The notes: generated by a model not told the origin, from the sequence alone. Positions 20,468 to 30,734 are shown, numbered from the stretch's first letter. The stretch: DNA of 64,000 nt from Terasakiella sp. (GCF_048267425.1 NZ_JBLWXN010000001.1:101966-165965), one strand, 5' to 3'. Program-made: numbers and translations.

Positions 20468-20599
20468 TGGACTATTTCCTTTGCAATTAAGTTTTCTGTT
20501 ATTTCGCAATTGCGGAAAAATATAAACAAAAGTTTCTCATTGGCAAGCCCGCATGATGGGGTATAACTGCAAGAAAACAGCCTAAAAGAATGTAAGCGT

Positions 20600-21451
20600 A
20601 TGAGCATCTTATCAATTCAATCCTCTGTCGCCGTTGGTCATGTCGGAAATTCGGCTGCCGTCTTTCCCTTGCAACGCCTTGGTTTTGAAGTCTGGGCCGT
20701 GCCGACTGTTCTGTTCTCAAACCATCCGGGTTACGATTCTCATGCCGGTGCTGCGGTTCCCATTGAAACCATGCGGGCGATGGTCGACGGGATCGATAAT
20801 CTGGATCATTTCGCCCATTGCGAGGCAATCTTATCGGGCTATCTTGGCAACGTAAAAGCCGGGCGATTCGTCCTTGAAACGGTTGAGCGCATCAAAGGCA
20901 TTCACAAAGACACCCTTTATTTTTGTGATCCTGTCGTTGGCGATATGACACGCCGCCTCTATGTCAAAGATGAAGTCGCCGCCTTTGTTCGCGATGAATT
21001 AGTCCAGCATGCGGATATTCTCGCCCCTAATGCTTTTGAACTGAAATACCTCAGCGGGCGTTCGCAAGAGACGTTAAGCGATGCCATGTTTGCGGCAGAT
21101 GCCCTGCGCGCACGCGGGCCAAAAACCATTTTAATCACCTCTTTGCGCGGGCGAAAAGGCAACACCCCGACCCTGTCCAACGTCATCGTCAGTGACCAGG
21201 GTGCTTGGCGTGTCACCGTTCCACAACGGGCCTTGCGGGCAAAAGGCACCGGCGACACCTTCGCCGCCCTGTTTCTCGCCCACCACTTGCGCGGGGAAAC
21301 GGCACAACAGGCATTGGAACTGGCGACCTCGACCCTATATGGTATTATAGATGACACACTGCGCCATGACAGTGACGAACTCCGCCTGATTGACGCCCAA
21401 GCCGAATATCTTCATCCAAGTTTTTATATAGATGCCGTTAGGATTGGATAA
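20600..21451 (+). CDS. pdxY: Pyridoxal kinase
   Basis: ILSIQSSVAVGHVGNSAAVFPLQRLG, CDPVVGD, GTGD. Confidence 0.93.
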   Translation: MSILSIQSSVAVGHVGNSAAVFPLQRLGFEVWAVPTVLFSNHPGYDSHAGAAVPIETMRAMVDGIDNLDHFAHCEAILSGYLGNVKAGRFVLETVERIKGIHKDTLYFCDPVVGDMTRRLYVKDEVAAFVRDELVQHADILAPNAFELKYLSGRSQETLSDAMFAADALRARGPKTILITSLRGRKGNTPTLSNVIVSDQGAWRVTVPQRALRAKGTGDTFAALFLAHHLRGETAQQALELATSTLYGIIDDTLRHDSDELRLIDAQAEYLHPSFYIDAVRIG

Positions 21452-21946
21452 ATGATTACCCTCGTTCTAGGTGGCGCACGATCCGGGAAATCGGCTTATG
21501 CAGAAAAAATAATCGAGGATTTAGGCGGTGGGATCTATCTTGCCACCTCGCGCGTTTGGGATGCGGAAATGGCGGAACGGGTACAAATTCATCAGGCCCG
21601 GCGCAACGATCTATGGCGAACCATTGAAGAACCGGTCGCAATTCACGATATCATTGCTAACACAGACAAACCCATGCTCGTCGATTGTCTGACCTTATGG
21701 CTGTCCAATCTGATGGAGATGGAAGCCGATATCGATCAGGAAACCGAACAGCTTTGTCGTGCCCTGAAAATGGCAAAACAAGACGTTGTACTGGTGTCTA
21801 ACGAAGTTGGACTGGGCATTGTGCCCGATAATGCCTTGGCCCGAAAATTTCGTGATTTGGCAGGCAAAATTAATCAAACGGTAGCGCAAACCGCCGATCG
21901 TGTGATATTTGTCGCAGCCGGACTTCCCCTCACAATGAAAGAATAA
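21452..21946 (+). CDS. cobU: Adenosylcobinamide kinase / phosphate guanylyltransferase (CobU/CobP)
   Basis: LVLGGARSGKS, VDCLTLWLSN, VSNEVGLGIVP, FRDLAG. Confidence 0.95.
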   Translation: MITLVLGGARSGKSAYAEKIIEDLGGGIYLATSRVWDAEMAERVQIHQARRNDLWRTIEEPVAIHDIIANTDKPMLVDCLTLWLSNLMEMEADIDQETEQLCRALKMAKQDVVLVSNEVGLGIVPDNALARKFRDLAGKINQTVAQTADRVIFVAAGLPLTMKE

Positions 21947-21949
21947 TCC

Positions 21950-23017
21950 ATGAAGATACCTGCAACTGTCATTACCGGTTTTTTAGGCGCCGGTAAAACC
22001 ACTTTGATCCGCCATCTATTGGAAAATGCCAATGGTAAAAAAATTGCGTTGGTGATTAACGAATTCGGTGATTTGGGCGTTGATCGCGAAATGGTTAAAG
22101 GGTGTGGCATTGCGGGCTGTGAAGACGAAGATGGCAACGACAATGTAATTGAACTGGCAAATGGGTGTATCTGCTGCACTGTCGCGGATGAATTTCTACC
22201 AACGATGGAAGCCCTTTTGGAACGCGACAATCTGCCCGACCATATTGTCATTGAAACCTCTGGCCTTGCCCTGCCCAAACCATTGGTCAAAGCCTTTAAT
22301 TGGCCAGAGATTAAAACACGTGTAACCGTGGATGGTGTGGTCACGGTTATCGATACCCATGCCGTTGACATGGGGCGTTTTGCCGATGATGAAGCCACGA
22401 TACAAAAGGTTCGTGAAAGCGATGAAAGTCTGGATCACGACAACCCGCTGGAAGAACTGTTCGAAGACCAGTTGCAATGCGCCGATATGGTCTTGCTGAA
22501 CAAAACCGATCTTGTCGAAGCTACACGCCTGACAGAAATTAAATCCGATTTGCAGGCCCGCGTACGTGATCATGTCAAATTCATTGAAACAGATCACGGT
22601 CAGGTTGACCCGACCATCCTGTTGGGGTTGGACGCAGCGGCTGAAGACGATTTGCATCATCGCCATTCCCATCACGAACACGACGACCACGATGATGATG
22701 ACGACCATGACCATCATCACGACCACAGCCATGATGAATTTGAAAGTTTCTCTGTCTCGCTTGGTCCGATTGCAGACCCGGTCGATCTGGAAAACAAATT
22801 GCTGGCGCTTGTCGATGCCCATGATATTTTACGGATTAAAGGCTTCCTTGATGTCCCCGGTAAACCCATGCGCCATGTCGTACAGGGTGTGGGGCCGCGT
22901 TTCCAACGCTATTTCGACCGTCCGTGGGCAAATGATGAACCACGCACCAGTCAACTTGTGATTATCGGAAAGCATGGGCTGGACAAAGCAGCTATTGAAA
23001 AAGCCCTTGCATCGTAA
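21950..23017 (+). CDS. cobW: Cobalamin biosynthesis COG0523 GTPase CobW
   Basis: GFLGAGKTT, KGCGIAGC insert, GCICC, His/Asp-rich linker near 22654-22738. Confidence 0.93.
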   Translation: MKIPATVITGFLGAGKTTLIRHLLENANGKKIALVINEFGDLGVDREMVKGCGIAGCEDEDGNDNVIELANGCICCTVADEFLPTMEALLERDNLPDHIVIETSGLALPKPLVKAFNWPEIKTRVTVDGVVTVIDTHAVDMGRFADDEATIQKVRESDESLDHDNPLEELFEDQLQCADMVLLNKTDLVEATRLTEIKSDLQARVRDHVKFIETDHGQVDPTILLGLDAAAEDDLHHRHSHHEHDDHDDDDDHDHHHDHSHDEFESFSVSLGPIADPVDLENKLLALVDAHDILRIKGFLDVPGKPMRHVVQGVGPRFQRYFDRPWANDEPRTSQLVIIGKHGLDKAAIEKALAS

Positions 23018-23122
23018 GCAAAAATAGCCACCTTATCCTATTAGATAAATTACAAGAAATGTAACAAATGGTAGAAATATCTATCATATAAAACCCATCT
23101 AAACAGGTTATAGGTCATATAT

Positions 23123-23926
23123 TTGCGCTTAAAAGGTATCTTCGTTTCTGCAATTTTTTTGTTTTTTTCCGCTGGAACATATGCAAATGAAATCACATCC
23201 ATTCATTTGCCGGAAGGCGTTCTGGCGGAAAAAACGGCGGTTGGCTATGTCGGTGCCTTCCCGGATCTCTTAAATGAAGCCGCGCACAGGCTGAAACGTC
23301 CGATCGCCCTTTATGCCGGACCGTGGGTGCGTTCACAAAAAAATGCACAACGCATCCCCGGGGCCGCGATTGCCCCGCTGACCCGTATCCCGGAACGCGA
23401 AGATCAATATGTCTGGGTGGAAGAAATTCTTCCGCTGAACCTCACCTTCCTGATTATGAGCGGCACAAACGCCCAATATCAAAACATGGATGAGCTGAAA
23501 GGAAAACGTATAGGTGTTCTGCTCGGATCTGTTGCCGATGCCATGACGCGCACCTTGCCGGATCTGCGCAAATATGTTGTGTTATCTTCAACCGGTGAAT
23601 CGTTGAGCAAACTCTTACAACATGGTCGAATCGACGGTTGGTTAATTTGGGATATCGTTGGTCTGGAAAATATGCGTAAGTTTAACCTTATGCCTTTTGT
23701 TAAAACAACTTTTTCCTATACCATCGGCCCCCTTTATCTGGCAACAAACCCAAGCGTCAGCATAAAGGAAGTCCAACTCTGGCAACATGCCCTTCGCGAG
23801 ATGAAACAGGATGGTACAATTGCCACAATTATCCGCCAGCATTACGGCAACAAAATTGTTGCCGCCCTCAAAACAACACCGCCTTATTCGCCGGGAACCC
23901 CGACAGAAGTCGAATATTCAAAATGA
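23123..23926 (+). CDS. Orphan periplasmic substrate-binding protein (family 3-like)
   Basis: Signal peptide; PWVR, LKGKRIGV, LQHGRIDGW; 3' end overlaps the convergent reductase gene by 43 nt. Confidence 0.75.
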   Translation: MRLKGIFVSAIFLFFSAGTYANEITSIHLPEGVLAEKTAVGYVGAFPDLLNEAAHRLKRPIALYAGPWVRSQKNAQRIPGAAIAPLTRIPEREDQYVWVEEILPLNLTFLIMSGTNAQYQNMDELKGKRIGVLLGSVADAMTRTLPDLRKYVVLSSTGESLSKLLQHGRIDGWLIWDIVGLENMRKFNLMPFVKTTFSYTIGPLYLATNPSVSIKEVQLWQHALREMKQDGTIATIIRQHYGNKIVAALKTTPPYSPGTPTEVEYSK

Positions 23927-24900
23927 AGTTCTTCATCGGGGTGCGCATAAGCATGGGCAGAGCGCGCTGCCATTGCCGCTTCGGAAAAACCGCATAAAAT
24001 TAATTTAAGCTTATTTTCATAAGTCACAATATCGCCCACGGCATACACTCCGGCCAAACTGGTCGCCATAGAGGTTGGGTGTACACTGAGATGTTTTTTA
24101 TCCAGTTCCAGTTCCCATTCTGCAATCGGGCCCAGATTTTGCGACAAACCGAAGAACGCCAGCATGACATCAGCTTCGAGGTCGCGTGTATTGCCATCAA
24201 AATCTTTAACAACAACCGCCCTTAACTGATCCCCATCCCCTTTCAGTCCGTCCAACTGATAAGGAACAACCAATTCGATTTTGCCGTCTGCGGCCAATTG
24301 TTGCATCTGGGAAACACTTTCCGGCGCCGCGCGGAATTTCGGGCGGCGATGAACCACCTGCACAGACTTCGCAACATCAGCCAAAGACAGTGCCCAATCA
24401 ACCGCACTGTCACCACCACCAGCAATCACGATGCGTTTATCGCGGAACTCTTCACGTTTGCGTACCATATAAAAGACGGATTTGCCTTCATATTGCGCCA
24501 ACCCGTCCAGCGGCGGACGGTTCGGGCCAAACGCCCCGACACCGGCGGCGACGATAACCGCCTTGGCGTTGATTTGTGTCCCTTTGTCGGTTTCCAGATT
24601 AAAACTGCCATCTTCCTGTTTTTCAAGTTTCGTGACTTGTTGAGAAAGATGATAAACCGGATTGAAAGGAGCCGCCTGTTCTTCCAGCTTGTTAATCAGA
24701 TCACCGCCTGTAATGGACGGATGGGCGGGAATATCGTAAATTGGTTTTTCTGGATACATGGCCGTACATTGCCCACCGATCATGTCCAGCGCATCAATAA
24801 CATGGCAGTTCATTTTCAGCATACCACATTCAAACACGGCAAACAGTCCGGTCGGGCCTGCGCCGATGATGGCAACGTCAGTTTTCTGCATCTCAGTCAT
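23884..24900 (-). CDS. Ferredoxin-NADP reductase (TrxB-like, no redox CxxC)
   Basis: IIGAGPTGLFA, GGQCTAMYPEKPIYDIPA, GGGDSAVDWA, HRRPKFRA, YAVGD, KLILCGFSEA. Confidence 0.88.
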   Translation of the reverse strand: MTEMQKTDVAIIGAGPTGLFAVFECGMLKMNCHVIDALDMIGGQCTAMYPEKPIYDIPAHPSITGGDLINKLEEQAAPFNPVYHLSQQVTKLEKQEDGSFNLETDKGTQINAKAVIVAAGVGAFGPNRPPLDGLAQYEGKSVFYMVRKREEFRDKRIVIAGGGDSAVDWALSLADVAKSVQVVHRRPKFRAAPESVSQMQQLAADGKIELVVPYQLDGLKGDGDQLRAVVVKDFDGNTRDLEADVMLAFFGLSQNLGPIAEWELELDKKHLSVHPTSMATSLAGVYAVGDIVTYENKLKLILCGFSEAAMAARSAHAYAHPDEELHFEYSTSVGVPGE

Positions 24901-24983
24901 TGATTTTAACCTTTTAAGAATTTACGAACCAATTGGCCCTAAAATGCGATGAAAAAGAGGCCGAAGTCTAGTATTAAGTTGCC

Positions 24984-25445
24984 ATGAAAATAGAAATCAA
25001 AAACCAAAACGAAACCGAAGAAATTGCCCAGCGCCTTGCCACCATCGCCGAACCCGGTGATGTCATCGCGCTGCATGGGGATTTAGGGGTTGGGAAATCC
25101 GTCTTTTCGCGCGCCTTTATCCGCGCCATGACCTCCCCGGACGAAGAAGTCCCCAGCCCGACATTTACCCTCGTTCAAATCTATGAGACCGAGGCCTGTG
25201 AGCTTTATCATTTCGATATGTATCGCCTTGATGCCCCCGAAGACGGTTTAGAACTGGGGATCGAGGAAGCCTTTAACGATGGGATCTCGTTGATCGAATG
25301 GCCCTCCAAACTGGGCGCGTATCTGCCGTGGGATTGCCTGAACATCAAAATTTCCCATAACCCGGCAGACCAAAACGCCCGGCATTTTGAATTTTCGTCA
25401 CAAGGTCGCTGGCTCGACCGCCTCAAGGAGATTGCCCTTGTCTGA
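24984..25445 (+). CDS. tsaE: tRNA t6A biosynthesis ATPase TsaE
   Basis: GDLGVGKS, VPSPTFTLVQ, HFDMYRL, LIEWP. Confidence 0.95.
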   Translation: MKIEIKNQNETEEIAQRLATIAEPGDVIALHGDLGVGKSVFSRAFIRAMTSPDEEVPSPTFTLVQIYETEACELYHFDMYRLDAPEDGLELGIEEAFNDGISLIEWPSKLGAYLPWDCLNIKISHNPADQNARHFEFSSQGRWLDRLKEIALV

Positions 25446-26445
25446 TCGCCAAAAATTACGCCAACGTTTTTTAGAAGAAAACGGATGGGGCGGAGTGGAT
25501 TGTCCCTTGCTGGCCGGGGATGCCTCTTTTCGCAAATATTACCGTTTAAACCGCAATGACCAACAAGTCGTTTTAATGGATGCGCCTCCGCCACAAGAAA
25601 ATGTGCGCCCCTTTGTTAAGATCGCCAAATTTTTGGTCAAACACGGTTTCAGTGCACCGCACATTTTGGCCCAAGATGCCAAAAACGGCTTTTTGTTGAT
25701 CGAGGATCTCGGCGACGATACCTATACTCGGCTCTTGCAAAACGGCGCGGATGAACGACAACTTTATAAACTGGCCACCGACGTTCTGGTCGAACTGCAC
25801 AAAGATGTCGCAGAACTGCCAGACGATACGCCCAAATATGATCACGAATTGCTGACGACTGAAGCTCTGCTTTTACCTGACTGGTGGATGAAAGCCGCCT
25901 TTGGCGACACTTACGTCAACGATGATATGCGCGAAAGTTATATTAAGGCTTGGCAACCCTGTTTTGATTATCTTCAAGATCAAAAACAGGTTCTTGTGCT
26001 GCGCGATTATCATGTCGACAATCTGTTGCTGCTGCCGGGTCGCCATGAATGGGCGGCTTGCGGATTACTGGATTTTCAGGATGCCGTTTTAGGGTCCGGT
26101 ATTTATGACCTGATGAGCCTGCTCGAAGATGCCCGGCGCGACATAAAACCGTCACTCATTGAAGAAATGAAAATGCGCTATACTCGGGCCTTCCCGGAAC
26201 TGGAACCGGAAGAATTCGATACCGTCTTCGCAATTTTGGGGGCGCAGCGCCATGCCAAAGTTATCGGTATTTTCGCCCGCCTGTGCATGCGTGACGGCAA
26301 ACCGATTTATCTGCAACATATGCCGCGCGTCTGGCGTTTGTTGGAAAGGTCGCTCAGGCACCCGATGCTGAAAGATGTCAAAACGTGGATCGACCAACAT
26401 ATCACCAAAGAAGCCCGAGGGATTCCCGCATGTCTGAACATATAA
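25438..26445 (+). CDS. amgK: AmgK-like anomeric MurNAc/GlcNAc kinase (APH family)
   Basis: LAGDASFRKYYR, MDAPP, EDLGD, RDYHVDNL, LDFQDA; SD aaggag before TTG 25438; lies between tsaE and murU. Confidence 0.82.
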   Translation: MSDRQKLRQRFLEENGWGGVDCPLLAGDASFRKYYRLNRNDQQVVLMDAPPPQENVRPFVKIAKFLVKHGFSAPHILAQDAKNGFLLIEDLGDDTYTRLLQNGADERQLYKLATDVLVELHKDVAELPDDTPKYDHELLTTEALLLPDWWMKAAFGDTYVNDDMRESYIKAWQPCFDYLQDQKQVLVLRDYHVDNLLLLPGRHEWAACGLLDFQDAVLGSGIYDLMSLLEDARRDIKPSLIEEMKMRYTRAFPELEPEEFDTVFAILGAQRHAKVIGIFARLCMRDGKPIYLQHMPRVWRLLERSLRHPMLKDVKTWIDQHITKEARGIPACLNI

Positions 26446-27146
26446 CCTCCGGCATGGTTCTGGCGGCGGGACTGGGCACCCGAATGCATCCCTTAACCCT
26501 GCATACGCCCAAACCCCTTATCAAGGTCGCCGGGCGGACAATGGCAGATCGGGCCTTGGATCGATTGAAAGAAGCCGGTGTGAGCGATGTTGTCCTGAAC
26601 ATCAGCTATCTGGGCGAACAAATCGCCAGCCATTTCAAAAATCGCACAGACATGAATATCCAGCTTTCAAACGAAGACGAACCGTTGGAAACAGGCGGCG
26701 GTGTGCAAAAAGCCCTGCCCTTGTTAAAAGGAAAGGCCTTTTTTGTCCTGAATGGGGATGCCGTTCTCTTAAACGGACCAACGCCGACCCTGCGCCGAAT
26801 GAAAGATTTCTGGAACGCAGCGGATATGGATGTGTTGTTGCTCTTGCTCCCCAGTGCCAAGGCCATCGGGTACAATGGTCCCGGTGACTTTACGCTGGAC
26901 AACCGTTCCATCCCGGCCTTTCGCGAAGAACGCAACACCGCTCCTTACGTCTTTAGCGGGGTACAGATTTTGGCACATAACACGTTTGAAAACCGCCCAA
27001 GAGGCAAATGGTCCTTGCGCGAAATTTATCAGGATGCGATTACCAAAGGCCGCGCACGTGCACTTGTTCATGATGGCGATTGGTTACATGTCGGAACACC
27101 GGAAGGGCTGGAAGTTGCCGAAGATTACTTTGCAAAGCTTGCTTGA
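26430..27146 (+). CDS. murU: MurU-like MurNAc-1-P uridylyltransferase
   Basis: MVLAAGLGTRM, PKPL, LETGGGV, WLHVGTP; start ATG 26430. Confidence 0.82.
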   Translation: MSEHITSGMVLAAGLGTRMHPLTLHTPKPLIKVAGRTMADRALDRLKEAGVSDVVLNISYLGEQIASHFKNRTDMNIQLSNEDEPLETGGGVQKALPLLKGKAFFVLNGDAVLLNGPTPTLRRMKDFWNAADMDVLLLLLPSAKAIGYNGPGDFTLDNRSIPAFREERNTAPYVFSGVQILAHNTFENRPRGKWSLREIYQDAITKGRARALVHDGDWLHVGTPEGLEVAEDYFAKLA

Positions 27147-28689
27147 CGTTCAAAACCGCTGGAAAAAAGCGGGACTATTGATCACGCTTGGCCTCTGTGT
27201 TGTTGCAGCCCTGCCACCGATTTATATTTTGCCGTTGGCTTTTATCGGCTTTTCCGGACTGTTTCTTTTGCTGGATCGCTGCACAACGGCGAAACAAGCC
27301 TTTTTCACCGGTTGGTTCTTTGGTGTCGGTTTTTTTGGCGGTGGTCTTTACTGGCTCACCAATGCCTTTCTCGTCAATGCGGGCAAACATGGCTGGCTTA
27401 TTCCCATTGCTGTTCCCGCCCTTGCCTTTGCGATGGGGCTGTTTATCGGCCTGACAACCCTGAGCGCCCATTTCATGTGGCGCAATCAAAAACATCCGTC
27501 TCAAGCCTTCGCCCGGATTATCCTTTTTGCGGTTGCATGGACCCTATGGGAATGGGTACGAAGCTGGATTTTTACCGGTTTTCCGTGGAACCTCGCCGGA
27601 ACAGTTTGGGCCTTCAGCGATGTTATGATGCAACCGGCAGCCTATGTCGGTGCTTTCGGTTTCAGCCTGTTGAGCGTCTTGGCCCTCAGCCTACCTGCAT
27701 GCTTTTACTATTTGGAAGGGAACAAAAGGGTTCTTCCCCTTCTCGCCTGCCTTCTCATTCCCATCCTATTTGGGGTTACGGGCAGTCTGCGTTTACAAAA
27801 TGCCAATGTCACCTTTTATGATGAGATAACGCTCCGCCTTGTGCAGCCTAATATCGATCAGGCCCATAAATGGGACAGAAATCTGAAAATCGCCAATTTT
27901 AATCAGCATCTTGAATTAAGCCTTGCAAAAAGCACAAACGGCAAAAGGCCCAGCCACATTATCTGGCCCGAAACGGCCGTGACCTATGCTTTAAACCGCG
28001 AACCCAATGTGCTGCGGGCTGTGGCCTCTGTTGTGCCACCCGGCGGTGCTGTTCTCACCGGCACACCACGTATGACACCCCGGGGGCAAGAACCTTTTCA
28101 GGTATGGAACAGTCTGCTTGTCGTGAATGAAAAGGCGGAAATCACTGCCGTCTATGACAAATCCCATCTCGTCCCCTTTGGTGAATACATCCCCTTTCGC
28201 CGCTTTAACCCTATTCCCAAATTAACAGCGGGTATGGTCGACTTTAGCGCGGGTGATGGAATACAAACCCTACAGATAAAAGGGCTACCTTCCTTCAGTC
28301 CTCTGATCTGTTACGAGGTTATCTTCCCAGGCTCGGTTGTAAATGAAGTAAACCGCCCTCATTGGTTGTTAAACTTAACAAACGATGGATGGTATGCTGA
28401 CAGCCCCGGCCCTTATCAACACTTAATAAGTGCACGTATGCGCAGTATTGAAGAAGGCCTCCCCTTAATCCGCGTTGCCAATACAGGGATCACCGTAGCG
28501 ACCGATGCCTATGGTCGTGTGCTGTCTCACCTGAATTATGGACAGCGCGGTTTCATTGACGTTCCGCTGGCAAAGCGATTGGAACACCCTCCTTTCGCAA
28601 GCAGCGCCGCAAATACTATCTTAATGGGTCTAATCGGCTTTTTATTTCTTATCGCTCAGGTCAGTTTTGCTATATATCGTAAAAGATAA
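27130..28689 (+). CDS. lnt: Apolipoprotein N-acyltransferase
   Basis: GFPWNLAG, LVQPNI, IWPETA, YDKSHLVPFGEY, LICYEVIFP, LTNDGWY; start approximate (TTG 27130/27139). Confidence 0.94.
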   Translation: MQSLLDVQNRWKKAGLLITLGLCVVAALPPIYILPLAFIGFSGLFLLLDRCTTAKQAFFTGWFFGVGFFGGGLYWLTNAFLVNAGKHGWLIPIAVPALAFAMGLFIGLTTLSAHFMWRNQKHPSQAFARIILFAVAWTLWEWVRSWIFTGFPWNLAGTVWAFSDVMMQPAAYVGAFGFSLLSVLALSLPACFYYLEGNKRVLPLLACLLIPILFGVTGSLRLQNANVTFYDEITLRLVQPNIDQAHKWDRNLKIANFNQHLELSLAKSTNGKRPSHIIWPETAVTYALNREPNVLRAVASVVPPGGAVLTGTPRMTPRGQEPFQVWNSLLVVNEKAEITAVYDKSHLVPFGEYIPFRRFNPIPKLTAGMVDFSAGDGIQTLQIKGLPSFSPLICYEVIFPGSVVNEVNRPHWLLNLTNDGWYADSPGPYQHLISARMRSIEEGLPLIRVANTGITVATDAYGRVLSHLNYGQRGFIDVPLAKRLEHPPFASSAANTILMGLIGFLFLIAQVSFAIYRKR

Positions 28690-28825
28690 TATTCAATCTT
28701 TGGTTATTTTTGGACAAAACCCTTCTACTCTGGTTGAATTCCCGTCCAGATGTTTGCTATAGTCCGCCCAACTGCAGAGTCGGGATAATCCTGAACTGGT
28801 GTGCGAATTGGGGAAATTAAGGAAC

Positions 28826-29299
28826 ATGGACGAACTTGCGAAACCTGCAGGCTTGCCGAAAAAAAAGCCCGGAGAGACGAGTCCCATCGACATTCATGTT
28901 GGTGCACGCTTAAGGCAACGACGAACTTTATTGGGGATGAGCCAAGGTAAGCTGGGCGATACCGTCGGACTGACCTTTCAACAAATTCAAAAGTACGAAC
29001 GTGGTGCCAACAGAATCGGCGCAAGTCGACTTTATGATCTCAGCCGCGTTCTGGATGTCTCTATTGCCTATTTTTTCGAAGAGATGCCCGACGAAATTAG
29101 CGAACAACGCTATAAATCCGTCAACAAACACCTGAGTAATGATGTCAGCGCGTTTGAAACCGATGATATCACCCGGCGTGAAACACTCGAACTGGTCAGA
29201 AATTATTACAAAGTTTCAAACCCCTTGGTGCGCAAGCGTCTTTTTGAACTCGCCAAAGTACTTGCGACGCAGAATATTTCAACAAACGAAAACACTTGA
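28826..29299 (+). CDS. XRE-family HTH regulator, PhrR/PraR-like
   Basis: PIDIHVGARLRQRRTLLGMSQ...TFQQIQKYERGANRI; position between lnt and metK as for rhizobial phrR/praR. Confidence 0.88.
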   Translation: MDELAKPAGLPKKKPGETSPIDIHVGARLRQRRTLLGMSQGKLGDTVGLTFQQIQKYERGANRIGASRLYDLSRVLDVSIAYFFEEMPDEISEQRYKSVNKHLSNDVSAFETDDITRRETLELVRNYYKVSNPLVRKRLFELAKVLATQNISTNENT

Positions 29300-29357
29300 C
29301 CTGATAACCATTTCTGATACAAATCCTTCCAATATTTCTGTGGAAAAACCCGCAGAA

Positions 29358-29440
29358 ACATGGGGGGATTTGGATCGCTTGCGCACCCATGTCAAAAAAT
29401 GTCGCTAAGTGGGCTTACAGATAATCGTGCCCTTGATCCA
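29358..29440 (+). ncRNA. SAM-II (SAM-alpha) riboswitch
   Basis: P1 acatggg/cccatgt; GATTTG...CTTGC core; A-rich AAAAAATGTCGCTAA; tggatc/gatcca pseudoknot pairing; directly upstream of metK. Confidence 0.75.
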
Positions 29441-29472
29441 TTGGTTTAACTTTTGATCGAAAGGCGCTTATC

Positions 29473-30645
29473 ATGGCTCTCGACAAATATCTTTTTACGT
29501 CTGAATCTGTTTCTGAAGGTCACCCGGACAAAGTCTGTGACCGTATCTCCGATTCCATTATTGATGCATTTTTGGCTCTCGACCCGCATTCTCGCGTTGC
29601 TGTTGAAACCATGTGTACGACAAACTTTGTCGCACTCGCTGGTGAAGTTCGCGGCCCGGACGAGATGAACCACGAAAAATTCAAAGAAATCACACGCCAA
29701 GCTATTAAAGACATCGGTTACGAGCAACGCGGCTTCCATTGGAAAGATTGCGAAATCACATCGCAAATCCATTCTCAATCTGCTGATATCGCCCAAGGTG
29801 TCGACGAAGGCACAGGCACCGATACAGAAGAAGGTGCCGGTGACCAGGGGATTATGTTTGGTTACGCTTGTAACGAAACACCGGAACTGATGCCCGCCCC
29901 GATTATGTATTCCCACCAAATCCTGCGCCGCATGGCTGAAGATCGCCATTCCGGCAAAGTCGTCGGTTTTGGCCCGGATAGCAAATCACAGGTCACATTG
30001 GCTTATGAAAACGGCAAGCCGGTTCGTGCGACGTCTTTGGTTGTATCGACACAACATGACGAAAGCCTGTCTTTGGGCGATGTTCGTGAACTGGTTCTAC
30101 CTTATTTCGAAGAAGTTCTGCCCGAAGGCTGGTTGCCGGCAGACAGCGAAATTTACGTTAACCCGACAGGTCGTTTCGTAATCGGTGGTCCCGATGGCGA
30201 TGCGGGTCTGACAGGTCGTAAAATCATTGTTGATACTTACGGTGGGGCGGCCCCGCATGGCGGCGGTGCGTTCTCCGGTAAAGATCCGACCAAGGTTGAC
30301 CGTTCTGCAGCTTATGCCGCACGTTATCTCGCGAAAAACATTGTGGCAGCCGGTCTGGCTGACAAATGTACCATTCAGCTTTCTTACGCAATCGGTATTT
30401 CCAAACCGTTGTCCGTATATTGTGACACAGCCGGTACAGCACAGGTTGACGAACAGAAACTGGCAAAAATCGCAGCCGAAATCATGAACCTGTCGCCGCG
30501 CGGCATTCGTGAACACCTGCAACTGAACCGTCCGATTTATAAAGAAACATCAGCTTACGGTCACTTCGGTCGCACACCGACAGCGGAAGGTCACTTCTCT
30601 TGGGAGAAAACCGATCTGGTTGACGAACTGAAACGCCAGTTCTAA
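29473..30645 (+). CDS. metK: S-adenosylmethionine synthetase
   Basis: [47 protein letters not shown]. Confidence 0.98.
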   Translation: MALDKYLFTSESVSEGHPDKVCDRISDSIIDAFLALDPHSRVAVETMCTTNFVALAGEVRGPDEMNHEKFKEITRQAIKDIGYEQRGFHWKDCEITSQIHSQSADIAQGVDEGTGTDTEEGAGDQGIMFGYACNETPELMPAPIMYSHQILRRMAEDRHSGKVVGFGPDSKSQVTLAYENGKPVRATSLVVSTQHDESLSLGDVRELVLPYFEEVLPEGWLPADSEIYVNPTGRFVIGGPDGDAGLTGRKIIVDTYGGAAPHGGGAFSGKDPTKVDRSAAYAARYLAKNIVAAGLADKCTIQLSYAIGISKPLSVYCDTAGTAQVDEQKLAKIAAEIMNLSPRGIREHLQLNRPIYKETSAYGHFGRTPTAEGHFSWEKTDLVDELKRQF

Positions 30646-30689
30646 TTCTGGCTTAAAACAGTTGAGATTACCTGCAAACGCGGGTATGC

Positions 30690-30716
30690 ATGGCCCCTGT
30701 CTCGTACAGGGGCCAT
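30690..30716 (+). terminator. Hairpin after metK (probable terminator or processing/stability element)
   Basis: atggcccctgt-ctcgt-acaggggccat, 11-bp stem, weak U-tract. Confidence 0.5.
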
Positions 30717-30734
30717 TTGCTATGTGGAAAGAAA

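Noticed and set aside
20468-21950. Cobalamin riboswitch upstream of pdxY, cobU or cobW
   Set aside because: No B12 box or core motifs are visible, and the intergenic gaps are 0-3 nt.
26830-27129. 100-aa N-terminal extension of lnt in the ORF track
   Set aside because: It lies entirely within murU in another frame and has no Lnt-like features.
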